Assembly: GCA_046563655.1 (NCBI GenBank)
Contig: CM102287.1
Span: 7,068,001-7,132,000 of the forward strand
Length of the DNA: 64,000 bases
Direction: 5' to 3'
Origin: Yuukianura sp. NJ FZ-2021
Taxonomy: Eukaryota
Under the pieces are notes generated by a model. That model saw only the letters and a program-made list of their open reading frames with translations. It was not told the DNA's origin and did no database searches. A program made the position numbers and the translations under genes. Numbering within the stretch: position 1 is the stretch's first letter; each line of letters opens with the position of its first letter. This document shows positions 10,642-23,300 of this stretch, one piece after another.

Positions 10642-13245
10642 ATGGATTTCTCTTTTCCGAGAGTTCTTCTTGTCCTATTTGGTTTAATATTGACGAGCAC
10701 CGTTCAATCAGCACCAAATGCTACAAGTACTATACAAGGAAGGTCGAGACAAAATAAAGCATTTTTTGGAAGTGCAGAAGAAGATTCGGGTGAACTGAAA
10801 ACGATTTTTCCAGATTCTGGATCTTCTTCGGATGAAAGTTCGTCTGAAGTATTGAAATTTGTTGGAGCTTCTGGAACCGAGCAAAAACGGGATGTTTCAG
10901 ATGAAGAGAAAGCTATAGATGCAATTGTTGCAGCAACGAGAACTGGAAGGCAGCTAGATTTTGATAAAATTGATGAAGATCAATTGAATCAAGTCATTTC
11001 AGATCCGGCAATCAAAGAACAACTGGAAGCTGGAAATGAAGGCGAAGCTCGTGGAATCATTCGCGACAAATTGTGTGCTCTTGGCCTAATGTCATGTGGT
11101 GGACACAATCATCATCATCACCCGAAGCCGCATTACTACAAGCCACGCCCACAGCCATCCCACCATGCTCCACCGTACCATGCCCCACCACTACACGTTC
11201 CACATTTTGAGCCGCCCCACTATGGTCAAGGAATTGGGCACCTGCATGGTGGGTCCATCCCACCGCGAGATGTCAGTCTCGTTCAGCCAGTCGCTGTCCA
11301 GCCCGTCGGTGGGCCAATTTCGGCCATCCCAATTGGACATGGCCACGTCCAGATTCATAAACCGTATCACGCCAAACCACCAGTAGCACATTCCCCACCA
11401 TACAATGTTGGTGGATATGCCAAACAAACTTATGGACCACCACCAGGTCCCGTCTTTTCACGTCCACCAGTCCCACCTTATGTCCCACCAAAGCAGATTT
11501 ACCCCTCCCCCCAAATTTTCACGGAACCCATTACGCAGCCGATTATTCCTGTCCAGAAAAAAGTTGTTGAGGTTGTTCATCATCATGTGCATCACAAAGG
11601 TCACGGTGGGTCTCCGTTAGCAAAAGAAACCTATGGAGAGTACGGAGTCATCGGAACGCAATTTGGTGGGCAGGACGAAAGCTACTACGGAGCAGCTCAA
11701 AAACAAGTCGTTTCTGTTGCTACTCCAGGAGGTAAAGATGTTGGTTCCTTTGCGCAGCCGCAGACGCTGAATCCAAACTACTTAGGTCCTCCAAGTCACG
11801 CAAGAACATGCATTTGCGTCCCAGTTGAACAGTGTATTCTGGACGGACAAGAAAAATCATCTGAATTGGAAATTCAAGGCAGTCAAGGATCAGAAGTACT
11901 TCAAGGAACAGGAATCCCGAATTCTGGACTCGTTGGCTACGGAATTGATCCAAGGAACAAAGGTCGAAGTCTCGGAATCGAATCAAATGCAACTGATGAT
12001 GCAGATCAGGAAGATTCAAAACCGTCCGAAATCGTCAACGCCGACGCCGAAGAAACGACAGTTGCTCCCGAAGCGAATGTAACTACAAATTCAACTCGGC
12101 GTAGACGCGAAGTTTCAAATTCTACTGTTGCAGAAGTGCCAGTGACGAGGAAGGGCAGAGCGCAAGCAAGAAGACTTGACAATGGCTGTCGAATTCGAAG
12201 CATTGGATCAATTTGTTGCGATCCTTCCAGAATCCGTAATCCCTTGCAGCGACAAATTCCTGTTGGTCAATTGACAGGCCCAATTCCATCAAACAGCTTC
12301 AATCAACATGTTCTGTACAATCCGAATGGTTTAAGCACAGGTTCGGAGCCGTTTTATGGTCAGTGTGGCAAACGAAACGCCCAGGGCGGAATTCACGGCC
12401 GTGTCATCACTGCCGCTGCAAATTCACTTACTGATGGAGAAACTGATTTTGGGGAGGTCAGTAACCTTGGACCTAAACAAAATTTTAGTTTAGATTTTAG
12501 TTCAAAATTTTGATTTTTTTTTCTTTGAATTTTTTAGTACCCTTGGCAAGTCGCTGTACTGAAGAAGGACGGAACGTTCGTTTGTGGTGGATCTCTGATA
12601 GACGGAAACCATGTCATGACAGCAGCGCATGGAATCAAGCACCTAAAAGCATCTGACCTGCGCGTTAGATTAGGTGAATGGGATGTCAATCACAACACAG
12701 AATTCTACCCACACTTTGAACGCCAAGTAATCAAGGTCACTCTGCATCCTGAATTCTACGCTGGAAACTTATTGAATGACATTGCCATTTTGCGATTCGA
12801 TGGTGGCGTAGATTTTAGACAATTTCCACACGTGAGCCCCGTTTGCCTTGCACCTCAAGGAACAAATATGGCTGGAAAACGCTGTTTCGTCACAGGATGG
12901 GGCAAGGATTCCTTCGGGAAGGGCGGAAAGTACCAAAATGTGCTGAAGGAAATTGATCTTCCAATTTTGACCAACTTTGACTGTGAGCAGAAGTTGAAGA
13001 GGACAAGACTTGGACCAGACTTTGTTTTGAATCCAGGATTTTTGTGTGCTGGTGGTGAGGCTGGGAAGGACAGTTGTAAGGGGGATGGAGGGGGGCCTTT
13101 GGTGTGTGAAATCCAATCAGGGTCGTGGGCTCAAGTGGGCATTGTAAGCTGGGGAGTCGGGTGTGGGGAGCGGGATGTTCCGGGAGTTTACGTTGCAGTA
13201 GAACACTATCAGCCATGGATTCAGCAAGTGGTCAGCAGCATTTGA
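10642..13245 (+). CDS. Clip-domain serine protease homologue (non-catalytic, PPAF-II/masquerade-like), ~840 aa, with His/Pro-rich region
   Basis: Exons 10642-12456 and 12538-13245 join as FGE|YPWQV. Signal peptide. Clip cysteines CICVPVEQC...C...CC. Trypsin domain has TAAH, DIA and GDGGGP (catalytic Ser replaced by Gly). AATAAA at 13413. Confidence 0.93.
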
Positions 13246-13534
13246 TGTGATTGAATCTCGATTGTTGTTAATACGAACCATAGTTTCTTGATCTCGTGAA
13301 ATGGTTAAACAAATTGTATTATGGAATTAGAAAATTAGCGAGTGTTAAAACACAAACCAAGTTTGAATCTATCATTAAACATATTTAGTGCTCAACTCAT
13401 GCCCGTCATGTTAATAAATAAATATTTTCGGGGTATTTGCTGCTAAATTATTTATTTACTTGTCCATGCCCATAATGTTAAAATCAGTAAATATTGGCAA
13501 TTTAAAACAAATTAAAGAAATGGAAACAGCATTT

Positions 13535-13782
13535 TTTTTCAATATTTCTTGGATTTTTAGCACATATTTTTGACAACCCTGATAATTATAGAACTTAATT
13601 GCAAACTGTGGATTTTGTGAAACTCCCCGTCGAAATGTTAATTTAAAAAAATATTTTCGGCGTTTAACTATGGATTTGTTTTCAAATATTTTGTGGGTTT
13701 TTATTACATATTTTTGACAACCCTGATCATTACAGTTATAGTTTTGCAAAATGTGGATCTTGTGAAACGCCTCGTCGAAATG
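13535..13782. repeat. Degenerate two-copy direct repeat, period about 145 bp
   Basis: catatttttgacaaccctgat at 13563 and 13708, each followed by tgtggat.ttgtgaaac...cgtcgaaatg. Confidence 0.7.
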
Positions 13783-16325
13783 CCAAGTCATGCTGCCCTT
13801 ATGCAACCGCAACCGTTAGCCCTGAATTCGATACTCTCCAGGTAGTACTTTGGTGGTTTTGAGCAGGTGAACATAAACGTTTAACTTTTAGAACAAACTG
13901 AGGAAAATGTGATTTAGGACAGATTCAACCATGGTGATGATGACTTGAGTGAAAAAGTGAGGAAAGCACGATGTTACCGTTGTGAAGACTAGAGAAACTT
14001 TGGCCATCATCCGTAAGTGCCTCCATTTGCTGCGACGTGTGTTGATGGGTGATGATGATGGGATCCTGAGAAGATTTTTCAAAATGGGCAGGATTTTGAC
14101 CCTTAGCCTTTATGGAGGCTGATTGAAATTGAGAAAACTAAGACTGGATTCTGGATATCGAGAACCAGTAAACCCAAAAATAGAAGTGGCCATTGAGTGA
14201 CCGAGATGAGTCTCTCGTATGCCATTATTCTCAGGCAATAAAGGAACAGGAAATGGGCTTCTGGACCCAACCTAGGAACGGGACATGTGAATTTTTAAAG
14301 TGGTTCGTGATGAGAGCCATTATGGGTTTTCAAAGTACTTTTCTGGATTTTGAGGGTGGTCAAAGGGGATTTTGAGCTTAGAAGTGGTTAGTAGGAAATA
14401 AGTGGAATTCCCACTAACTGGCTTAAGCCAGTTGAAGAGAATTCTTCTTTACGTTTTTCTAAAAATTTAGTGATTGAAGTAGCTCATCTTCCAAAAATAG
14501 ATCGAGTCGAACTCATTCAGTTTTGAAATATAGAAGAAGTTTTTCCATTACGGTGAGAATGGAAAGGCTGTGATTCGATGCAAAAAAAAAAAAAAGAAGA
14601 AAAAAAAATGAACAAACTTTTATTAAACTTTTAATTTTTGAAATCAAACTTTTCGTTTTGTGTTTTCGATGTTGATTGGCAGCAGAATGGATTAATTAAT
14701 ATTTTATTTTCAGTAAGCAGGAAAGGTTACATACGATTTTATTTGAGCGAAATGAGTTAATTTTTGAGTCTCAAAGTTTAAGTTTAGTGATTTTGATTAT
14801 CTTTTCGTTGAGAATGTTCTTATTTCATCGATGGGTTTACCGCCTTTCGTAGTCATTACTTCCGGTGTGACTCGTTTCGCCATGACATCCGACACTTAGA
14901 TTTCGGAGTTGTGAAGCGTAGAAAATGCATCGTGTCATGTCCGAAAAATGCTGTCAGTTTAGGTCAGAAAAAGCTTGTGATTTTGCGAAACGTTTAATGT
15001 AAGAAGTGATTAATGTGGATTTGCAGAATTCAAGGAAATAAAAACACGTCGTTTGGTTTTTGAACTTTTCAGATGATGAAAATTGGAAGATTTTTTTAAT
15101 TTTTTAATTAGTTGTTTGAGCTCGGTTTACCAACGGTTGTCCAGCGGCGAATCACGATCCTGATGCTGTAATTCCATCGAAACCTATGAAAAAAATATTT
15201 GTGCTGTTATATTTTTGCAATGTACAGGAATTTTGAAAGTTCGTTGCACTAGGAGTAAATTCATGATGAAGCGCAATGACACGAGCTTTAGCTTCAGAAA
15301 CTTTAGACTTCGGGTGGATGGACACAGCAAGAAAAAGTAAGAAGTGAAAGTTTTCTTTCCCCTGCTATGACCAGAGGGAAAGAAAATCTTTTTATGAATT
15401 CTGCCGTGGTAAGGGCTTTCATTCATGCGTTTGGTCTCTTGACTCGTGAAAGAAGTAAAAGAAAGTGTGTACTTGGGACCTACTTGCTAAAGGGCTAAAG
15501 GTGGAGTAGCAGAAGTGGTAGAAAGTAAAAGTGAAAGTTTATTTGCCCTTGTTTTTCTCCCTTCCTTCCGTTTTGTCTATGCCTCAACTTGCCTCTTTTT
15601 TTAACTTTCTCTCATGGACTTTCCCGATTCTTGCTCAGTTGGTCGTAAAAGGATTTGTGGCCAAGAGCACAGGAGAACTTGAGTCGAGAGATGAAAACAA
15701 CGTTTTTTTACCTTCTTAAGAATGAATAACTGGAGGAGGTCTGCCATGAATAAGCAACTGTTCCACAAACTTTTGTGGGTCCATGGAGTAGGAGAAAGCT
15801 TAACCAAGTCGATCTACACTTGAAACGTTGGTTTTTTTTTCTAGGATTTTTTTTGCACTTAAGTCAGTTCGGAAAGGTTTGAAATTTTCAAGTTTTGTAG
15901 CGTGCTCACTTTTTGCGCTTGAATGAAAACTGGACTTGGAGAAAGTTTTAATCTGGTTTTCATTTTCTGTTAGGTTCTGCGGCAAAGTCAACAAAAATTG
16001 AAAAAAAAAAAAATGTCTCATGTCCACTGTAGTTAAAAAGAAAAACCCGAAAATCTCCTTAGCATCTCTATGGTGATCTGATGAGAACCACTGTAGATTC
16101 AAGCAATATGTTTGTTAGGCTAAAAGCAAAAACAATTAAATTGTTCAATTATAAATTATTACAACTTGAAATTTAAAATTTAGTGGGCTGCCCACGGTTG
16201 GTGGATTATTTACTAACCCTCGGACTGTCAGGAATTTACCTTAATTTTTAACTTAAAACAGCTTAATTTTCATTTTTGAGGTCATACTAACGTCCTAATA
16301 ACCTCCAAAAAGAAATCACAGCGAA

Positions 16326-16901
16326 ATGGGGTTACTACTACGAAGTGACATGGCACTCGTCACTGTATTTTCAGCAGTTCTGGTTCTTCATGCATGTTAT
16401 GCAGCAGATCTGTACGAATCGTGCAGCGATAACGACTGCGTCATTGACAGAACGCTGAATAGCGGTGCATTCTACGAAGAACTGGAGTGGAGATGGATGC
16501 TGTTGGAATGTAAACCAAACCAAAGTTTAAGTGAAAGAGAACAGGGTTTTCTGAGGCTATCGGAATACTTCGAAAGAATCGCCGCCGGAATTCATTACCT
16601 GATCGACTTGCCATTTGGTGTTTATCCCTATCTCCACGTGGTTTGCGAAGAACTCTATCACGTATGCTGTATGGGACCGGTATACGACAACAAAACATTA
16701 ATTTGCGACGAGGGATTTCGAAAGTATTCGGCTGAATCGCGACTTAAAAAATTGCGACCATCGGCCTTCTTCACAATTACATCGACTAGGACTACTCCCA
16801 TGCCTTTTGAGTTCAACAATTCCGCCAGCGCTCTTGGACTGTGTAGGGATTGTCAAATCACGGCGCAAGTTGGTTTTCTATTCCTCGTTTGGGTGCATTG
16901 A
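16326..16901 (+). CDS. Small Cys-containing, probably GPI-anchored surface protein (191 aa), family member 2
   Basis: Intronless ORF with signal peptide, Thr-rich stalk, NNSAS omega-like site and hydrophobic C-terminus. Clear paralogue of 42582-43133, including similarity in the flanking UTRs. Confidence 0.85.
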   Translation: MGLLLRSDMALVTVFSAVLVLHACYAADLYESCSDNDCVIDRTLNSGAFYEELEWRWMLLECKPNQSLSEREQGFLRLSEYFERIAAGIHYLIDLPFGVYPYLHVVCEELYHVCCMGPVYDNKTLICDEGFRKYSAESRLKKLRPSAFFTITSTRTTPMPFEFNNSASALGLCRDCQITAQVGFLFLVWVH

Positions 16902-19900
16902 CCGTTGCAAATGAAAAATTGAATTCAAGACTCAAATTATTCTTAAATTACAATTCCAAAAGAAAATGATTTTTACAAAGTCACTGATCTTATTGATTAA
17001 AGTGCAATTTTAAGCAACAATAAATTGTTATCACGCTTTTTATCAGTCCAAATTATAAATCCGTCCAGTCGAAACTTTCCTTTCTTTTAGATTTCAGAGT
17101 GAAAATTGCCAATTTTTTACTTTCTAACAGCTCATTGTATGCTGAACTTTGTTTTCATGTCTTTTCTAAAATTCGTCTTAAAAACCTGTCCTTGAATTAG
17201 AAATTTCCCAATAATTGTAAATTGTTTAAAATTTTTCTCTTTACCTTTTATCGTTTTTGTAAATTTTTCGATTTTGTTTGAAGCATATCTTCCTTCAGGT
17301 CGCTAAAAATGTTTAAACTGCTTCTATTCTCTAGCATTCTGGCAAGATATTTTTTTTAGTTTGTGAAGACAACCTTACCATTTTTTATATACATTTTATG
17401 TATAAAAAAATACTGTTATTTTTCCAAGATTCTCAACAATTTTAGTCACTTCCTTTTGAGTTCTCATATTACACTTCGTTTTTCTAGAAACTGTTATGAT
17501 TTTTTTTAATTTTGAATTTTTTAAAATGTTTTTTCCTACAGTGAATACAATTATGTCAATTTAAAAACATGAATAAAAAACGTGCCGTAACCATACAGTT
17601 TTTATGGTTGAAGCGGATAATGAATATGTCAGAAGACTTGAGAAGTCAATTTGTCTTGGCGGTAGTTTCCGTCTCATTAATTCTGTGGAACTGCTCCTGT
17701 GTGTCTCACTTTGAACTGAAAAAGAGAAAGCACGGACTGCCAAAGACGAGATAATTTGGGAAGTGAAAGTTTTGTATTGTCTTTTCTCAAGTTTTTCTTT
17801 GTGTGCTGGATCTCATGCCTCTTTAGGCAAGTGGAAAGCCCCTGTTCCCCTCCCCTCAGTTTCTAAGACTTCTCTTTGTAACTAAGGTTTAGAACCACTT
17901 TGGGGAATTTTATTCAATATGAGGATGGAACTTTGGAGCCCCCTCAATCTATTCTCATCTTCATTCGAGTGGTAGAAAGTTGTGCCAGTAAAATCAACGG
18001 AATGGAGAAAGTTAAATGGGAAAGTGAAAGTGAGGGAATGATTTCTTCCTGGGAATTTCTTGGCAATGATTTCGGCTGGAAGAAAAGTTTATAACTGGTG
18101 TGCCAAAGCCATATGCAGAATCTTCGAGCCCATTAGTTCCTCATTTTGCCAGTAAACTTTCTTTTAGTATGCAGTTCCAACAAGGATGCCAGCAGGGATG
18201 AGATAGGACAGAGTGCCAGGATCATTGAGTTCCTTTTTAACTTGGGCATTTTGGCGCGGAAAAGCGTGTTCAAAAGTCAGAGGAAGTTGGGAGTATAGTG
18301 AAAGTCTGCGAGAAAGTGGTAGCGGAAGATTAGGATTTTGAAGCAGCATAAGCGTACCCTTTGGCAGAGGTCAAACTTTCATCATTTACAATTTGGCTAA
18401 ACAAAATTCTAAAAGGCATTTCTATAAAAAAAAAAAATTCGTAGGTCATCTGGCTTAATATTTAATTGGTAGCAGAATTTTGTATTATATCATATTTTTT
18501 GCAAAGAAAATGCATACCAATACCAGCACTTCTTGCTTTACTTTCATCTAAATTTTGGTTTTTAAGCAGTTAGTTGCTTATTTTCAAGAAAAGTTTGTTG
18601 GAGCAAAGTGTTTTTCCTAAGAACACGATTTCACACAATCATTTTTAGGTAGCCAGTTTTGCAGTGGGCAGCATTGCAAGCCGATTTTCGGACTCGAAAT
18701 CTACTTGCAGTTCTTTGGTTGTAAGTTTTTGTGATATCTGGGAAGATGATCTACATTTTAGCTGGAGGAGGAGGATGAAGAGAGCAAGCAGACCATTAAC
18801 CAACTGACTCTGCTACTTGTTTGAATTGGAACACCAGAAACATAGACAGTGGACTACTTTTGAGGTTAGGCTAACCCACATAACCCAGTTGGAATTGACT
18901 GCGAGGAACATTTGTGAGAGGAAAACGGAGATGCTAAAGGGAAAATGCTATATTAGATAAATTTGAAGCACAAAATGGGAAAATGACGATGTGACTTTTG
19001 TCATATCAGGGAACATGATGTGAAAGACAGCAAAAACGTAATTGGCTTTCTCCGTTTTCTCTTCTGGGCTTAAAACCGCATTTTCCGGCTTTTCCTTTTT
19101 CATAAGGTTTTGAGTTTTTGTCGTTTTGTTCGAAATTTGTATTGATGGCACGTCGAAGCAACTCTGACGGTCTCGTTTCATTTTAGAAAAAAACTTTTAA
19201 AAACGAGAATCCGCTTTGACATTTTGGGGTTTTTCAACTTTTGACATATGACTATACTTCAGCTTATTTGCAAAGTTTGTATGGGTTGACAATTTTAATT
19301 GGAATATATGCTTCATTTTTCAAAACTTTCACTTTTTCAACATTTAGAGTGATACTTTCACCCTGAGTTATTTTTAAGTTAAGAAAAGTTTGAGGCGCGT
19401 TGTAGAAAAGAGAGAATTACCATAACGGCGTGTGCAGGATTTCGCTAAGGAAAGAGGGTTAAGGATTTATTGTAAGGTTTTCATGGCCTTGTCAGACAGT
19501 TTTTTATCCAATGTTTTCATAGTTGGAGTTTCATTTTTGAGGAAAGTTCAAAGGGCGATGAGGGTAAGGAGGATTTTTTTTCGTGGATCATTGGTAGAGG
19601 ATATCGGCTTTGTCGGAATTTCTGGGAAAATTTTTGTGAAGTTGGTGAAAGTTGAAAGATTCCCAAGTGACGGAAGTAAGGATAGTAGTATGGGGAGGAA
19701 CACATGAAAAATAGGGTAGGTGGATTTTTGTGAGGTTTAAAAAATCTGGAAGGTTGGGACTCCAGTCACACTGAAACTGTTATTACTTTCTCCAGAGTCT
19801 TCGGCAGAACAGCTCTGTCAGCCCATTTTTCTCAACGGAGAGTCAAAATGACTCAAAATAGCTTTCTTACTTTCAACTTCAATGGATCTTAGGTATATTT

Positions 19901-20363
19901 TGGTGGATCCCTTCACTAAAAGTATAAAAATTGAGTGTCATTTTGAAATAGGAAGCTAAACCTAAATCCTATGTTAAGAGTGAAAGCGGGTAGCATAACT
20001 TTATTTTGCTAACCATAACTAACCTAACGAAGTTCAAGTCGGATGGCATACTCGTGCTCATGCATTTTATAGCCGAACTTATGCTATTCTTGTCACATGT
20101 TACCATTTTCGCGAACGTAAACGGTGTCAGTACCAGTACATTTTTTAGCTTCTTTACGCCTCAAGTTCTTCGACCTGCGCAAAGAATTTTTTTTATGTCG
20201 GAGCTCTGTATTTTCCACTTTGCATGATTTACGTTATACGTCAAAATTTTAGAGCTGTGATTTGAAATTTTAGTTTAGCATTTCTGAAAATCTGCTCTCA
20301 GCAGTTCTGATAGTGGATTTTGGCTAGTGTGAATTCCGGAGCATTTTGATGACTTTGTAAGTA

Positions 20364-23300
20364 TTATGTGAACACGTTCAGTGACGCGGGAAATGAGGAA
20401 TTGATTACCTGTTTCCGAAAGGCTGCGTTAATTGGAGGAAGCGGAGGAGGTGGTAGGCCGTCATCATCAATCATGTGACAAGAACTGGCAGAAGTAGCAC
20501 GACAGAGCACTTCACTGAAACTCCGATTGGATTTGAGAGACGGTGTTCGTCTAGCCTTGTTCAAACTTTCCATGGAGCGTGAACCGAAACCAAGAACCGT
20601 GTCGGCCGTGACAGAATGAAGATGCGGGTGACTGCCGCTTCGACTCGGACCGACAGTCCCAAGTCCATGTCGGGTCAAACTTGTTCCGGCGCTGATTCCA
20701 CTGAGAACCTCTTCGGATCTTTCGTAATCCCGGACTTGAATTGGCGTAGGTGGATCACTTGAAACTTCATGAAAAGCAATTCCACACCATTGGCACAGGC
20801 AACAACACGAGTCGATTAAACACTCTTTCAGCCCGGTTCGTAACGGCTCGTGAAGAAAGAGGAGGAGCAAGGGGTGGAGCGTAGAGTGAGCAAAGGCAGC
20901 GAGGAGAGTCATTTCATAAGCGGTTGGAGCTGGATCTTCCCATTTACCGGTTCCTACAAATTAACATTCAAAGTGTTTTTTAAATCAAGATTTTGGATTG
21001 AGAAGTTTGAATCTTCATAAACTTCATTTGCGTGTTGGGATCACGATATTTCGGATCTGGGTCAAAATTAAGATTGGGGCGAATTGAGAAAGCTAATTTT
21101 GTGTGTATAAAATGTAAAAGTGGAAGAGTTTTGTGACTAATCATGGTGACTTTTGATGCTTTTGGTTTAGATATATTTTGAATCTGTGTTTTATGAAGAC
21201 GTTTTGGTGGAGCGGATAGAGTAACTTTGTGGTGTTAAGTTGACACTGAGATTGAATAATGGGCGGGAAGGAAGAGATAAATGGCTGGGGCGGAATGAAA
21301 ATCACTGGGAGCTAGGAGATCATCAAGGGCAGCAGTGCTTTCTAAGTTTAAGTGAAAGTTGTGGATGAGACGAGTGCCTTCGGTGTGATAAATGAAGTGA
21401 TGAAGGTTAGGTTAGGCACTGAAGGGGCTTACCCACAGGGGCCATGAGGGCACAGACGTAGATTGGAACCCAACAGAGCAGATTGACCACTGCCAGAGTT
21501 CCCAGGGTCCGAATATGTCCGTGTCCATTTTTCTGAGCACGACGAAGAAAGACATCAATTTCGGGAGGAGCTGCTTTTTTGCGCTGAAGAGAAGTGCTGG
21601 AAGCGTGAATGACGACGGAGTTGCCCATTGTGAGTGCTGCTGATGTGGAGGCTGCAGAACTTGGGCCAGTGCTACCACCAGGCAGGGCAATGCTGTTCAT
21701 CATCATGGAAGTTGAGTAGCCACCAGGACCGCCGCCGTCTTGTGGGGCAATTCCGGCCATACCAGCCAATCCTGCTCCAGCAGCTGCTAACAGCCCGATT
21801 CTTGCTCGAGCTGTAACATTGACATTTAATTGAACTGTAATGAAATATGTAGAGCATTTAAAAAAAATTGTGTGAAAAAATTCGAAATTCTTCTATTTAC
21901 ATCATACTCTAATTGACGAGTGTTGCTTGCTCTGTCCCAATGTTAATAGCATGGCAATGCAAACTATATGTGCAAAAAATTCTCTGTGTGGAAGAGTGGA
22001 ACGATCCTGGGGTGTCCCTTTTACATTACTTCTCCAAGCACAGACTTTCACAAATTCCATCTCAACTCAGAAACCAAAAGCAGGGGGGGCTTGCCCCCCC
22101 AGCCTTTACAATACATTTTCGATTCAACTAGATACTAGACGGAACCCGTGATGTTTAAACATCACGAAATTACCTTTAAGCACTAGGTCATACTCGGGTC
22201 AAACGAAAAAGCTAGCGGATTGTTGACAAAATGTTCAAAATCATCCTTCCTTCATGTCATCGTGATGTGTAAACATCACGGGTTCCGTCTAGTTTTTATA
22301 AATTATGTTTTTGAGAGTTGCTATTCAGAAATTTTAAGGCGTTGATGAAAATTTGTATGTCAAATTGACATTTCTAAAAAAAAAGTACCTAGCAAAAAAT
22401 GTTTGGTGGGATTTTTTTTTAAATGCTGGGAATGGACCCGGTAGATGATTCTATTTCCTCGTGTATAAGACGCGTATTATCTGAAAAATTTCGTTTTGGA
22501 AGGAGAAACAATTTTCGCTGAAAACTGAAGATTTTTGTTAAAAATTTCTAGAAACTCTCGGCAAATATTCTAAACTCTATTTCAAGCGGTTTTAAGCTAA
22601 AGTTAATTGATCGAATTCAGCAATGTTTGTATGGGTCTGGTTCCTGGAAATTCGAATTGGCCCGGTTGTTCATGCAGCTATTTTCGAAAATTTCTGGGTG
22701 CGTCTTATACTCGAAAGCGTCTTATAGGCGAGAAAATACGGTATTTATGTTAATAAAGGAGCTTACTGAGATCTCTTTTGAGCTTGCGGAGTTGTGATAC
22801 AGTGAGGACGATACAGAGAAGATTGACTGCCGCCCAGAGCACGTTGAGGACGACGTGTCGGTCAGGTCCACGGACGAGAGGACATCCGGGTTGTGCTGGT
22901 GACAGCTCCGACTGAGCTGCCATGGCTCCACTCAGAAACGTTGGGCCCAAATTAATCTAATTGTGACAAAGAGACCTTATTAGGTGACCCCTCTGTCAAC
23001 AGCACTCTCTCTTTGGTTAGTAGGTTCTCAGATGCTACAAAGTGAAAGTAATGTGGGAAAGAGAAAGTAGTGGTACGTACCGTGAGAGCAGCAAACCAAA
23101 CCATGAAGGATCCAAAGAGAACACATTGCGGTGAGTCTGGCATTGCGGTTGTCTCATCCAAAAGATTTGCGTCCTCTTCGTAGTAGTCCTTGTTCAAAAG
23201 GAAATTACAACTTCAAAATCAAACGGAATATACGCATGGATACGCAACTAGAATTAATTGGCCCTTTTGGCAAATTGGTTTTCAATGTCAAAGTAAGAGA

